A DNA stretch of 64,000 bases, taken from Lama guanicoe. Its lineage: Eukaryota. The position numbers and the translations under genes were made by a program. The stretch is taken from the NCBI GenBank assembly GCA_013239625.1, contig MU053379.1, positions 1,294,974 through 1,358,973 on the forward strand, in the 5' to 3' direction. The first letter of the stretch is position 1, and each line of letters opens with the position of its first letter. Below are positions 1 through 12,872 of the stretch, piece after piece. The notes beneath the pieces are model-generated. The model saw only the letters and a program-made list of their open reading frames with translations, was not told the DNA's origin and did not search any database.

Positions 1-8
1 TGGGGTGT
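1..8 (-). CDS. DZANK1: DZANK1 second coding exon, first 8 nt only (runs off window)
   Basis: Minus strand reads pyrimidine tract-TTTTTCAG|ACACCCCA. Joined to the phase-1 G of the 3266-3374 exon it gives D-T-P, the expected continuation (LEMKS-DTP). Confidence 0.8.
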
Positions 9-114
9 CTGAAAAACCCAAAACAGGATAACTGAATTAGCACCAAAGTAGCAAGTCCCTGAATAATGCCTGTGCGTCAGTTATTGAATGAGAGTTTTTA
101 CACGCGGTAGAAAT

Positions 115-350
115 GAATAACAATGACAATAACTGAGTTCTTTCTCTGTGCCAGGCACTGTGCCTTACACGAATTAGCTCATTTTATTTGTACAACCCTA
201 TGAGATAGGTCCTATTCTATACCCACTTCATTGACGAGGAAACTGAGTCCCAGAGAGGTTAAGACACTTGTTAAGTAGCAGCAGAGCTGTGGTCTGACTT
301 ATGGGAAGTTGGAGCCATAGCCTGTAAGCTTGAACCACTATGCTATTTCA
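115..350 (-). mobile_element. MIR SINE
   Basis: Reverse MIR core: tgtgccaggcactgtg...acaaccctatgagatagg...gaggaactgagtcccagagaggttaag. Confidence 0.75.
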
Positions 351-1269
351 CTCCCCCAACAGAGCGTTGAGACAAATCAAGCAGAGGTGAATTTCAAAAC
401 TACAATGTCAACTTAGAAAGCAGAAGCTAATTTTTCATTTTCTGAGCACTAGGTAAGAAATGTTCTTGTCATATTTTATTTGGACGTGGTAAATGATTCC
501 TGCGCTTCTTGGAAAATCTGTAAAGGGAATAAGCTTCAAGTGAGCCGAGATTCAAAAGGTCAAAAAAAGACTTAACAGTTAAAACTCTCCCTCCCACCCC
601 TGACGTCAGCTGCCCAAAGGCAACCAATAATATCGACCATCCTTCCAAAAGCATTTTATATCCATATTTATGTCATCCATACATGCATGTATGTACACAT
701 TCCTATTTCCCCCTCCCTCTATACAGATGGTGGTATACCACACCCTGCTCTGCATATTTCTCTTTTCATTTAGCAATCTGTCTTGGATATTGTCCTGGAT
801 TGGGACATTAAAAGCATCCCCATTCTTTGTAATGGCTGCATTGTACTCTATCTTTAGATAGATGAATTACTGGCAAATAGCCACTGCCTACAGATGAACA
901 CCTAAACTGTTTTCTTTGCCTTTGCCTTCTTTTTTTTTCCTCCTTTGCCATTAGGCACTGTAATGAATAAACCTGTAAAGAGTTATTTTTATAAGTATAT
1001 CAGAAAAATATGTAGAACCAGTACTGTTGAGTCAAAAAATATGTGCATTTGTAATTTTGGTTAATGTTGCCAAACTTCCCTCCATGGATGTTGAAACAAT
1101 TCACATTGCTACCAGCAACGCGAGGAAGTGCCTGTTCACCCACAGACTCACCCACATAATGTGTGATCATTTTTTCTTTTATCTTTTTCCAATATTTCTG
1201 TCACATTTTCCTAGCTTTAAAAAAAGTATCTTATAGTTTTAACTCACATTTCTTTCTTGTTGTTGTTTG

Positions 1270-2010
1270 CTTTTCTCTTTTAATTGAAGTATAGTTGACT
1301 TACAATATTGTGGTAGTTTCTGGTGTACAGCATAGTGGTTCAGTTACACATATATATACTTTTTCCATATTCTTTATCATTATAGGCTATTATAAGATAT
1401 TGAATCCAGTTCCCTGTGCTGTACACTAGGACCTTGTTGTTGTTTATCTATTTTATATATAGTAGGTTATATCTGCAAATCCCAGACTCCTAATTTATCC
1501 CTCCCTTCCTCTTTCCCCTTTGGTAACCATACACTTATTTTCTATGTCTGTGAGTTTCTTTCTGTTTTCTAAATAAGTTCACTTGTACGAGTTTTTTAGA
1601 TTCTACATATAAGTAATGTTATATGATATTTGTCTTTGTCTGACTTACTTCACTTAGTATGATAATCTCTAGGTCCATCCTTNNNNNNNNNNNNNNNNNN
1701 NNNNNNNNNNNNNNNNNNNNNNNNNNNNNNNNNNNNNNNNNNNNNNNNNNNNNNNNNNNNNNNNNNNNNNNNNNNNNNNNNNNNNNNNNNNNNNNNNNNN
1801 NNNNNNNNNNNNNNNNNNNNNCTGCTATGAACATTGGGGTGCCTGTATCTTTTCAAATTAGCTTCCTCCAGACATATGCCCAGCAGTAGGATTGCTGGAT
1901 CATAAAGTCTATTTTTAGCTTTTTAAGAAATCTCCATACTTTTTACCATAGTGGTTGCACCAAATTACACTCCCACCAACAGTGTAGGAAGGTTCCCTTT
2001 TTCCCACACC
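1270..2010 (-). mobile_element. LINE-1 3' end (interrupted by N run 1683-1821)
   Basis: Typical L1 3' UTR/ORF2-end antisense text (tgacttacttcacttagtatgataatctctaggtccatcc...gctatgaacattggggtg); ORF fragment MDLEIIILSEVSQT. Confidence 0.85.
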
Positions 2011-2049
2011 TTTTAACTCACATTTCTTATATTTTGAGTACGAATCACT

Positions 2050-2250
2050 TTTTCATCCAACAAATATTTACCAAATACCTTATTATGTGCCAGACACTTT
2101 TCTAGACACTGAGGATACACCAGTGACCAAAGTCTCTGTTCTCATAGAGCTTCCATATTAGGAAAAACACACAAACAGTAAACAAATAATTATATACAAT
2201 CTATTGAGTGGTGATTAATTGCAATGGAGGAAATAAAACAGGAGTTAAGG
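2050..2250 (-). mobile_element. L2 3' fragment
   Basis: ttcatccaacaaatatttac...tatgtgccagacactttctagacactgaggatacaccagtgaccaaa. Confidence 0.6.
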
Positions 2251-2744
2251 TCTGCTCAGCAAGCAGATGAAAGATGAACAGAAGCATCTTCTCATACATT
2301 TCTGAGACATTCATATTTCCTTTCCTATAAAGTGTCCTTTCACACCCTTTGTCCATTTTTCTATTGGGTTATTATTATTTTGTCATTGAATTATAGAACT
2401 TACTATTTATTAGACATTTTAAGTAGTAAAGAATTTGGATATCCTGTCATTCTCAGGGTTATGAGCACATATATTAAAATTTGTATTTTGGTCTGAGGAT
2501 TTTTTTAAATAATATTAGCTTTGAAGATAAATGGAGACACAGTGTAATGTAATATATTCTTAGTTGGAACTCTCAGTCAAGAAGCACATGTGTCCTACCA
2601 TAAATACAGAGAAATAGTTTTTGTTCATATCAGTTATTAAAATACATAACTAGAGGCTGGAAGTCTGTTTTAAACACGTCTTTGCTCATATATTCTATCT
2701 GTAAAAACTTTTTCTTCACCTTATGTTAACTATATATACACATA

Positions 2745-2770
2745 TGTGTGTGTGTGTGTGTGTGTGTGTG
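2745..2770. repeat. (TG)13 microsatellite
   Basis: Direct read. Confidence 0.95.
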
Positions 2771-3197
2771 TACTCCTGACATTAGTAGGAAATATATTCA
2801 CTGCTTTATTTCTGCAAAAATAGCTAAGATTGATTTTGCTTATCACATATCAATTCATGCAATCCTCACAATGGCTCTAAATGGAAGACAATGTTATCAC
2901 TATCTTACAGTGAGGAAGCTGAGACTCAGAAAGACTGAGGGATGTACTGAAGGTCACGAGAAGCTGTCAAAGCCAGGATTCACTCTCCAGCCTGTGTGAC
3001 TGGAAAGCCCGTGTTGGCAAGTCAAACTTACTATCCCGGAAAAATAATGCAAATTCTGGGAAAGTCTGGGGAAGCTCCGGGAATGGAAGGTTGGTCAGAG
3101 ACAACTGTTTTAATCTATATAAATACCACCCAAAAGCTATCATTGTTTCAAACTTCCCAAGATCCTGATTATAGAAAGCCTGCAAAGGGGGAAATCA

Positions 3198-3383
<186 letters not shown>

Positions 3384-3524
3384 TTACTTTAAACAAAAGT
3401 GGATGAAAATAAATTCCAACGGGCACCTATATTTGAACACAAAAACTGAAGAGAAGCACTTCATTCAAATACAGGAACACTAGTAACTACTAAATAGAAT
3501 ACTGTTAATATATCATTTACAAAC

Positions 3525-3698
3525 TTTTTTCTTTTTTTTTTTTTGTTTAGTTTTTGGTTTTTGTTTTATAGTTTTTTTGGTAGGGGGAGGTAATTAGGTT
3601 TATTTGTTTATTTATTCTTGAAGGAGGTACTGGGGATTGAACCCAGGACCTCATGCCTGCTAACCATGTGCTCTACCACTTGAGCTATACCCTCCCCC
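3525..3698 (-). mobile_element. Camelid tRNA-derived SINE (Vic-1 type)
   Basis: Minus strand GGGGGAGGGTATAGCTCAAGTGGTAGAGC...GGTTCAATCCCCAGTACCTCC...AACCTAATTACCTCCCC plus A-rich tail. Confidence 0.9.
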
Positions 3699-3744
3699 TA
3701 CAAACGTTATTTTTAATTGAAATAACTTGTTTCAGTTGCATTTT

Positions 3745-3853
3745 AAAAATTTATTTATTATTATTATTTTTAATGGCAGTGCTAGGGATTGAACCCAGGA
3801 CCTCGTGCATGCTAAGCATGCACTCTGACACTGAGCTATTATCCTCCTCCTCT
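3745..3853 (-). mobile_element. Camelid tRNA-derived SINE (second, tandem copy)
   Basis: Same head sequence; imperfect TSD ttcagttgcatttt / ttcagctgtatttt. Confidence 0.88.
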
Positions 3854-5140
3854 TTCAGCTGTATTTTTGCTATTGAGGTCTTGTGTGGGATTTTGATTAT
3901 CTAAATATTTACCTCACTTCTGGGGGGAAAGCATGAATGTATGAGATGGGGGAATATAATTATTTTAAGTGAGCAAATTAAATGAATGCTTCAGAGCAGA
4001 GACTATCACTGATGATCTGACCTGAGCAACCCCTGCCTCATGACCACCCTTTCCCGCCTCCTAATAGTGCACCACCTCTCTTGGCATCGGGGCAAGTCAG
4101 CACACAAGAGGAACAGAAGTAACTCTGCATGTAGCATGAAATGTTAATTTAGAGCCAACCCCTCTGGGACAGCTCCAGGTTCAAAGCCCCACAGTGGTCA
4201 TCAATTGGCTCTTGCATTTGAAAGCTGCAGAGAAACTTTAGATGGACAGCAGAGTATCATGCCTCAACCAAAAGAAAGCTGGCGTGGATATAAACAGTGA
4301 GCAGCAAACACAAGTCTCCCACTCCATCTACTGCATTTATAAGTAATTAAGTATGAGCATAGATGTCTTACTGATCTTCTTTCCCTAGTAGGGGAGTGGG
4401 TGGGGGTCATAATTTTTAATCCATAAAGGATTCAAAGGAAAAAAAAAAACCTGTGCACCTTAATACAGCAACCATCTACATCTCAATGACCTTTTCAAAT
4501 TTCAATGATAATGGATGCATAGACTGTACTCAATGAAAACCTGTATTAAAACTCAATTTTTACAGTGTACTTCTTGCCTCCTCGGCTATGACTTACAATT
4601 TGCCAAGTATTTATATAATTTATCAATTTGTGATTGGGCATTTAGGCTATTACTAGTTTCCTTTTAGTTTCGGTTGTTGCTATTCTAAATAATGGCTATG
4701 CACATCTTTGTGATTGCATTTTGTCACACTCTGTGTTCCCAAACGCAGGATAACCAAATGTTTAAAGAGTGCTCTTAATGCCTGGTTGGATAGCTCCAGG
4801 TCGGAGGCCAAGAATTTAAATTGCAGATACAGAGAATAGAACAATATCGCCACCGCAGGGTGGCTGGACTCTGGAGCTTACCCATTCTTACATTTTCATT
4901 TAAGTGAGAGGCAGTTAAAATAAAAATACTTGAAAATTGGTTCAAAATAAAACCTTTGAGAAGGGAATAATAAATTCGCGCGACCACTAGAAGCTGCCCT
5001 TATTAGGCTGACAGTGGACAGGCCAGTGGGCCCCAAGCGCAGAGGATCAAGAAGCAGACCGATCCGCTAGGCCCAAATGGCAGTGTGGCGTCAACAGCAT
5101 CCCCCACCCCGCAATCCCTCCATCCAGACTACCCCCTCAC

Positions 5141-5370
5141 CGCCCGGATCCGGAACCCCGGCTGGTGCCCGTCCCCGCCCTTCAGATGCAGCCAAGGACG
5201 CCCGCTTCTTCTCAGCTGATGTGAGGGATGTCCTCCCCCTCCTCCTCCTCCGATCACCGAGACCCGACTGGGACCCTCGAGGTACCGCCGCCACCGCCAG
5301 CCAGGGAGCCCACCGCTCTCCGCCCTTGGCCTTCTCCTTCACTGCAGTCCGGGTTACCACCGACGCTGCG
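5141..5370 (-). other. DZANK1: Probable non-coding first exon of DZANK1 (5' boundary approximate)
   Basis: Minus-strand G|GTGAGG donor at 5141/5140 inside the CpG island, downstream of GC boxes and a CCAAT box. Confidence 0.5.
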
Positions 5371-5829
5371 AGCCGCGCCCCGCCCCCTGAGAGCGGGGCA
5401 GATGATTGGCGGGGAGCCGGCTTCTTAGCAACTAGCCCCGCCCCTGCGCTAGGCTCGGAGACTGGTACCCGCCTCGAGCTCTTTCCGTCAGGCTTCACCG
5501 AGGGCATCTGAGAATGGGCTTTCACAGAGGCTGGAAAGTGCTAGAAGGTGAAGTCCCAACTCAGAATGAGAGAACCAGGCCCGTCGTTCCGACAGACAGT
5601 GACATTCAGGAAAAAACAGAATAAGAAAACGTCGGGGCGCGCGTGATGGAGGCGGAGCAGGCGCGGCTTGGCCACCTCAGCGCGACAGGCAAGGAAGGAC
5701 CGGCTGCGACACGGGGAAGAAGGCCCCTTGCCCAAGCCAGGCGCTGTCTTCGCTGGTTCTCGGATCCCGCGGCTCTCTGTCCTGCCGCTCCCAGCGTCTC
5801 TTCCCCAAGGGGCCGGGAACTGCGCCCCC

Positions 5830-5891
5830 ATGGCTGAGGTGAAGGTCAAGGTGCAGCCGCCCGACGCGGACCCGGTAGAAATCGAAAACAG
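5830..5891 (+). CDS. POLR3F: POLR3F (RNA polymerase III subunit RPC6/RPC39) exon 1
   Basis: ATG at 5830; MAEVKVKVQPPDADPVEIEN(R); donor AG|GTAACT; 62 nt. Confidence 0.97.
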
Positions 5892-6941
5892 GTAACTCAG
5901 TGAGTTAGGTTTGGTTCCCGGCTCCGGAGCCCGGGCAAGGTGCTGGGCCCCTTCTCCGGGACCACCGGTAGACACCTGCGCAAATTCGGTGAGCGCTCAG
6001 GGGGTTGGAACCCTCCTCCCATCCCTGGGATGCAGGAATCTCAGTAAGTTAAAAACGAGTTTGACAGTGTGCAAGTTTGTATAGCTGACCTTAACCTAGT
6101 GCTGTTCGCAAAGCTGTGCTGATGCACTTCTTTCCCACATGAAGGCGATGGTTGTTCAGAGTGAACGCTCGGTTTTTCCCCCGTAGTACCTGTGGATACA
6201 TGTTCGGATCCAGGATCGCCCTTGTCCCCAAGGGAACTCCCACCACAGAACGTTTGACCGAAGTTAAGGTGCAGTTTTCGATTGTGAAGCAACATAGGCC
6301 AGATGATTTCAGTGAGCTGTTAAAGTGAAGATTTTAGAGCACCCAAAGCCTCTCCCCATTTTATATTCTCTACCTGTGCACTGCAATTTTTAGGTTACCA
6401 CGTAGTTTTAAAACACCCCAACTTTCTCAAACTGTTATAAATAACACGTAAGGCAAGTTGAAGATCTCGGTTTATTTTTGTTTGGTAGCACTAATTCCAA
6501 AAGCAGGCCCCAGTTGTGATGAATTGTCATAACAAATTTTGACTTCCCACCAGAAGTGTTTGATTTGCCTCCTGCTTACGGACTTCCGGCTCCCTAAGGC
6601 TCTGTATCTTAACTTTGTCATACTGTTCCATCTGAGAAAATTGAAGCCTCAGTAATATGTTTTTCTGTGTTTTCATTTGACTTTTGTTCTATTTTAAAGT
6701 TCATATTAGTAAGGGAAAGAAATGCTTCTCTTAAATACAGTAATAATGAAAATATGTATTTCAGAAGCATCTTCCTCAATTTTAACATACATTCATTCAG
6801 AACCACTGTAGAAATAGAAACGCAGATTATCTGCCAGTTGTGGAAAAAAGACACAGTTTCAAACTGTTCTGCTTTTTTTTTCCCTCTAATGCCTCTTGAA
6901 ATAGGTAAAAACTTGACTATCATTAATGCCTTTGTTCCTAG

Positions 6942-7059
6942 GATTATAGAATTATGTCACCAGTTTCCTCATGGAATCACAGACCAAGTAATTCAGAATG
7001 AAATGCCTCATATTGAAGCCCAGCAACGGGCAGTGGCCATCAATAGACTGTTGTCCATG
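6942..7059 (+). CDS. POLR3F: POLR3F exon 2
   Basis: TTCCTAG| IIELCHQFPHGITDQ...INRLLSM |GTAAGG; 118 nt. Confidence 0.97.
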
Positions 7060-7910
7060 GTAAGGTGAATCCAACTAGTTCATGTAATTACTTATATGTC
7101 GTGACTGTTATCACTTCCTGCTATGTAGTCATGAAACCATTCTCAGACATGTGTTGTGTTGTGACTGATGAGACTCCAAACCAGGAAGCAGCCTGGACTC
7201 CCTGAATTGAGGAAAGAAGAAATAATTATGCACTTTACAAGACAAATGAAATAAATGTATATTAACTTATATTTATTAACCTAATTGTCACTAAGATACA
7301 CAAGGGCACACATCTACATATAGGCATAATCTGTCCTCACCTTCTGTTTGCTTCCTACTGCTGGTATTGGCCATTCCCTGTGAAATATCCCCTTGCCTTG
7401 ATTTTTCTGTGACTCATCACAGAGCCAGTTTGTTAGGGTCTGACTCTCCACAGCCTCTCTCTGAGCATTTTAGAGGCAGGAATGAGCCCAGATGAATGTC
7501 AGCGGTGCTGGGCCTCTGGGAGGACGTGCAGGCCCAGCCCGCAGTGACACTGCAGTAGGATTTTTAGTGAAGCTCTTCTCCCTGCTCTTGGTTCTTCTAT
7601 TCTTAAGACCCTGAGGCCATAATATCATTCTTCTCCAGCTGTCCCCAGACACCCCACTTAGTGGTACCTCACACTCCAAATCTACCTGTTTCTCCTTTCT
7701 TTTCCCCCATCATCAAAACTCCCGTGTCTTGAGAGCAGTTCAGTGTGGTCTTAGTAGCAACTGGGTAAAAGATTTCTGCATGAAGGGCTCATCTGAAGAC
7801 TAATTTGCTTTTTAAATCAACCAGCTTTGTTGGATTTCTAAGAGCTCTGGGTATGGAGGTTTGAGGACAGGCGAACCTTCTTTTAAACCACTCCCTTCAA
7901 CCTTCTAGCT

Positions 7911-8075
7911 CGGGGGTTGGCAAACTTTTTTGTACAAAGTGCCGGACAGGATATATTTTAGGCTTTGCAGGCCATATGGTTTCTGTCACTACTCAGCTCT
8001 ACAGGAAGGCAGCCATGGACAACACAGAAATAGATGGGTGTGGCTGTGTTCTATTATAACTATAAAAACACGCAG
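7911..8075 (+). mobile_element. MER58A-like hAT-Charlie DNA transposon (truncated)
   Basis: ggggttggcaaacttttt...tattttaggctttgcaggccatatgg...gcagccatggacaa...gggtgtggctgtgtt. Confidence 0.8.
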
Positions 8076-8077
8076 TT

Positions 8078-9520
8078 GGGGAGGAGATGGAGATGGTGGA
8101 GTAGGAGGACATTGAGCTTACCTTCTCCCACAAACCCATCAAAAATACACGTGCTTGTGGCGCTGCTCTCACTGAAAACAAACTGGGGACTGCCAGGAGG
8201 ACTCAGCTACAACCGAAGCTGTAGAGAAAGACCCACAGAAGTCAGGGAGGAAGGGAGGAGAAGTGATCAGGTCAGGACCTGCGCGCCTAGGAGGGGACAC
8301 AGAAGAGGAGGGGGATGTCATGGGCTTAGAGATCCTCTCTGAAGACGAACTGGTTTGAACCACAGGTTGGGCACCCCAGCCCTGGGATCCATCACCAGGA
8401 AAACAAGTCCCCTTCGCTGTTTTGAAAACCAGTGGGACTTACACGAGGGCTGTAAGAAACCAAGATGTGTCACATGAAGAGCATGCACATACTTGCTTCC
8501 CTCCATGAATCCAGTGGAGGAGGCAAATGGAAACTGCCCAGGGCTCTGGCTGGTGTCCCACTACTGCACAGTGGCAGGCCCCGGCCCCTCCAGCTCCGGC
8601 ACACCTCCGCACTGGGGCCAAGGTTGCCATTGCACAGGAGAGGGCGCATGTGGAGGGGAAATCCAGGGGAAGTCTGGACTGCATCTGGACGGGATAAGGA
8701 CAGCCACTGCTGGTGCTCTAAGAGGCAGCAGACCGGGAGCTGTCTGGAGCTCCAACTAGCATGCCAGGACCATCCCTGCGCATGCCCTGGCCCCTCTTGC
8801 TTCAGCATTGCTTCGCTCTGGGGCGAAGGGACCAAGGCCAGGAGTGGGGAGAGTGCACACTTAACAGGAATGGAACCAGCTCAAACCTGACCCTCCAGAC
8901 TTGTGATCCCATCCTTGATAGGGCAGTGACAGCCACTGAGCATAGGAGAAGCCCTGGCTCACACCTGGCCCTGTCTCTAGCCCCTCCATCTCCATCCCTG
9001 CCTCCCACCGAGGTGATAGCTGCCAGCACACCTGTGGGAAGGCGTGACCTGAGCTAGCTTCAGATCCAGCTCTCCCACCAAAGCCACCGAGCACACACAG
9101 ACTGCACAGGGACACTCCCACACAAGGACATCCCTTCAAGACTGGAATAGATAACTGTTCACATAATTTCATAGAGACAGAGAAAGTTAAACAAAATGAG
9201 AAGACAGGAGCTTGTTTTAAGTGAAAGGACAAGAAAAAAAAACCTGGAAAGACATCTGATGAAACAGATGAATAGTTTACCAGATACAGAATTCAAAACA
9301 TTAATAATAAAAATGCTAACTGACCTTGGGCAAAGAATTGATGAACACAGTGAGAATTTTAACAAGGAACTAGAAAATATAAAAGGATCCCGTCAGAGCT
9401 GAAGAATGCAATAACTGAGATGAAAAACACACTAGAAGCTAGTAATAGCTAAGACCAGGGGCACAGAAGAACACATACGTGATCTCGAAGGATAATGGAA
9501 ATCACCCAATCAGAACAGCA
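8078..9520 (+). mobile_element. LINE-1 5' UTR plus start of ORF1 (3' part missing)
   Basis: Begins with an L1-type 5' end (gagatggtggagtaggaggac...ctcccacaaacccatcaaaaatac). Degenerate ORF1p-like peptide MRRQ...LPDTEFKTLIIKMLTDLGQRIDEHSENFNKELENIK at 9196-9402. Confidence 0.75.
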
Positions 9521-10684
9521 GGAAGAGTGGTTTCGGTTCCGTGGCACATCGTGCTGTTCCATGCCTCAGGTCCTCTGCTCCTGCTGTCTCCCCTGCTTAG
9601 AGGGCGCTTCTTCCCTTTCCTCAAGACTCATCTCTGCTGTCGTCTCCAGGAAGCCTCCCTGAACCCCCAGGATGGGCTGACGCTCTCGGAAAGTCCATCC
9701 CGCCCTTTATTTACCTTTACCTCTGTCTTAACGCCGAGCAGATGGAATTCAAGTTAGCTGTGTCATTCTCTTTTAGAATTCTTGTTTGTCCTCTCCAAAC
9801 ACCTATCACAGTACAGGTGTTCAGTGAATGTTCATCGGCTGAATTGAACAACTGAATGGAGCCTCCAAACTGGGCTTTGTGGTTCAGATTTGCCACTTAG
9901 GGGGTCAGGGGAGGGAGAGAAAGTATTGCTGTTCGTCCACATGGAAACGTGATTCCAAGTCACGGGTCTGCCCAGCCTTAACCCTCGGGAATGGGGCCTC
10001 TCTTAGCCATGCTTCCTGAGCTGCGTGCAGCCCCGCCGCACAGCCAGCTGGGGTCACTTAAGTTCAGACCCAGGGAAACGCAGGAGCGCAGCAGACTTGC
10101 TTTATTTTACTTCTGATCTGTGTAAAAACAAAACTACCATAGGCCTTTTATTTGTAGATTGACCTTTCTGCGTAATTTTCACGTAACACTGCAGAAATCA
10201 CACGTTATCAGTAAATGTTACTGTTAACGGTGTAAATTTTATTTAGTCCTTGTGCTATAAAACATTTTTGCATGTGTAGCCTTTTGAACTTTTTTAGAAA
10301 AATTACATTTTACTATATTTATATTATATGTCTTTATTGAATTTACTTGAATTGAATATGGATTTTTATTTATTATTCTAAAGTTGCTTGTTTAAACCTC
10401 TTTATGCATTGATCATATAACCAAGCTGGGTCTAGCATGTAGAAAGTTGTTAGGTATTAATATTTTGGGAAATGATGAGATAAAGAGCTAAGTTAAAAAA
10501 AAAAAGCATCACGTGATATGTAGGAAAAAACTTGTCTCCAGTGAAGAACTGATAAGTAACCATGGGAGGTAGGATATTTTAGTTTGCATAGAATATTGAA
10601 GAATGCATTCATGTTTGTCACTGGATCTGATATATCTCCAAAATAATTCACTGCTATTTTCTTTTTTAAAAAAACAAACTTTAG

Positions 10685-10752
10685 GGTCAGTTGGATCTCT
10701 TAAGGAGCAATACAGGCCTTCTGTATAGAATAAAGGATTCTCAGAATGCTGG
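10685..10752 (+). CDS. POLR3F: POLR3F exon 3
   Basis: TTTAG| GQLDLLRSNTGLLYRIKDSQNA(G) |GTAAGC; 68 nt. Confidence 0.96.
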
Positions 10753-11254
10753 GTAAGCACCTAATTTTTTATTTTAAGAAAAAATTTAATATTATAAAAG
10801 TAATGTATATTTGGGGAAAAAAGCCGATACAGAGCTGCGTCACATCACCCTGTCCTGCCTCATCTCACCTCCCATCGTGAGTCCCATTTCCCGGAGGCAG
10901 CTGCTCTTCCTTGGTATAGATCCTTTCCTTTCTTATAGGTGTGTATAAANNNNNNNNNNNNNNNNNNNNNNNNNNNNNNNNNNNNNNNNNNNNNNNNNNN
11001 NNNNNNNNNNNNNNNNNNNNNNNNNNNNNNNNNNNNNNNNNNNNNNNNNNNNNNNNNNNNNNNNNNNNNNNNNNNNNNNNNNNNNNNNNNNNNNNNNNNN
11101 NNNNTACAGCCCTGTCTCATTCTTTTTAAGGTAAGCCCTTCTTTTAGTAAATAAGTCAATGTGATGACTTTGTGAATTCATTTAAGTAGTCATGTAGATT
11201 ATTAGATTATCCTGTACCTATCTGCCTTTTTAATTTGACTTTATTCCCCTGCAG

Positions 11255-11322
11255 TAAAATGAAAGGATCAGATAACCAAGAAAAACTAGTATATCAAATC
11301 ATAGAGGATGCAGGAAATAAAG
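11255..11322 (+). CDS. POLR3F: POLR3F exon 4
   Basis: CTGCAG| KMKGSDNQEKLVYQIIEDAGNK(G) |GTAAGC; 68 nt. Confidence 0.96.
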
Positions 11323-12658
11323 GTAAGCATGTGGAGGAACAAGCAGAAAAAGCATTGTCCCTGGGACAAGATATAGGAGCTCCTGGCTTCCCAGGATATA
11401 GATCAGTCTGTAGTGGATGCTGCCATTTGTGTTAAAAGGAGAAGAAAATATAACAGATAACATACATATCCTTTGTGTGTACGTACACACACACACACAA
11501 TATGTACACACCCTTGAAGGACACCCAGGACTGGTGCCTCTGCTGCCTCCAGGGAGGCAGGACCTAGATGGCTGTAGGATGGGAGGGAAAGAAACTTTGA
11601 ACTCTCAGCCATGTGAATGTAATATCTATTCAAAATGAATAAATTAAAACTTAAGGTTTTTTTTAATCCTCACCTTCTAAGTTTCAAAAGCCTTACTGGA
11701 CGCCTCCTTGCTCTTATCTGCTCTTATCTGTAAACTGGGCAGTAACATCTCTCTGGATTTTGCAAAAACCCGAGGTCCGCCTGTGCAGCGTGGCCGCATC
11801 TGCTGTAGGTCCCTGAGCAGCTGCTTGCTCCTCTCCAGTCGCCCCTGAAGAACTGAAGCTGAACTGCTGTCTTATTACAGTTTAGGATCTATCTGAGTCA
11901 TTGATACCAGCTCGGACAATTATGATGTAACCTGAAATCATATACTTGTTTTAATGTTAGGAAGTTAAATGAACATTTTAAAAATAAACACGAAGAAGTC
12001 ATTCTCTATTAAAAAAAAAAACCTTCCTATCTCATTATTATGCCTCTATGTTGGGAACAAAAAAAAGGCAAAATACTTTTACATATAACACTTACTTCCT
12101 TCTTTGAAAGAAAAGTCATAGCTTTCCACACAGGCTCTTCTTGTCTCCAAGAACTGTAATCTGTTTTCCAAATATACCTCTGTAAATCCATGCACACTGA
12201 TGCTCTCATAAAGGGGTTTTCTTGCTCTGCATGGAGGATGGCAGCTGACCCCGGCCCAAACTTAAGTATGTTTTTCCCATCACAATCTAAAGTGAAATTT
12301 ACAGAGAAACAGTTGGGATGTAGGAGGGTTGGAAAAGACAATGTAAGTCAATTCAGTTACATTCAGGATTTTTCTTCCATTACAAAAATGTCCTTTTCAT
12401 GTGACTTTTAAAAGGTGCCACATTAGCAGTCCAAGAAATTTCCAGTTAGAAAACAGAACATATAACTTTTGTATTATTTGCATGTTCTTGTTCCTTTATC
12501 GGAGATTTGTGCCTCTAAGTCATTATTCCTGTAGCAACGCTCGCTCTAGGATATATTCATATACATGTATTTTGCTAGATTTGTAGTGCGATATATGCAA
12601 TGGGAAAAGAAACACAAATCCTACAGTGTTCAAGTTACTTTACTTTACTTTCTTATAG

Positions 12659-12771
12659 GAATATGGAGCAGAGATATTCGATACAAAAGCAACTTGCCAT
12701 TAACAGAAATCAACAAAATCCTAAAGAACTTGGAAAGTAAAAAGCTCATCAAAGCTGTTAAGTCTGTGGCA
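12659..12771 (+). CDS. POLR3F: POLR3F exon 5
   Basis: TTATAG| IWSRDIRYKSNLPLTEINKILKNLESKKLIKAVKSVA |GTGAGT; 113 nt; winged-helix region. Confidence 0.97.
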
Positions 12772-12872
12772 GTGAGTAGTCTTCTGTTTTCTTCTCCTGA
12801 ATGTTCACTGTGCATGTATTGCTCCAAGTATCTTTCAGGGGTTCTATTGTTCTTTAAGCTATGTCATGATTT

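Larger units (their letters stand above)
4960..6000. promoter_or_regulatory. CpG-island bidirectional promoter shared by DZANK1 and POLR3F
   Basis: High GC/CpG; several CCCCGCCC GC boxes; ATTGG near 5405; RFX-type half sites GTTACC (5353) and AGCAAC (about 5427); divergent genes on either side. Confidence 0.85.

Noticed and set aside
5077-5525. Two overlapping antiparallel 144-aa ORFs in the promoter
   Set aside because: Typical stop-poor GC-rich CpG-island sequence with low-complexity P/A/R composition and no recognisable domain.
5643-5837. ORF with ATG at 5646 overlapping the POLR3F start out of frame (possible uORF)
   Set aside because: Probably upstream of the main TSS; cannot be supported without CAGE or Ribo-seq.
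7060-10684. Intronic microRNA (human MIR3192 is annotated within POLR3F, from memory)
   Set aside because: No hairpin or sequence match I can support in this window.
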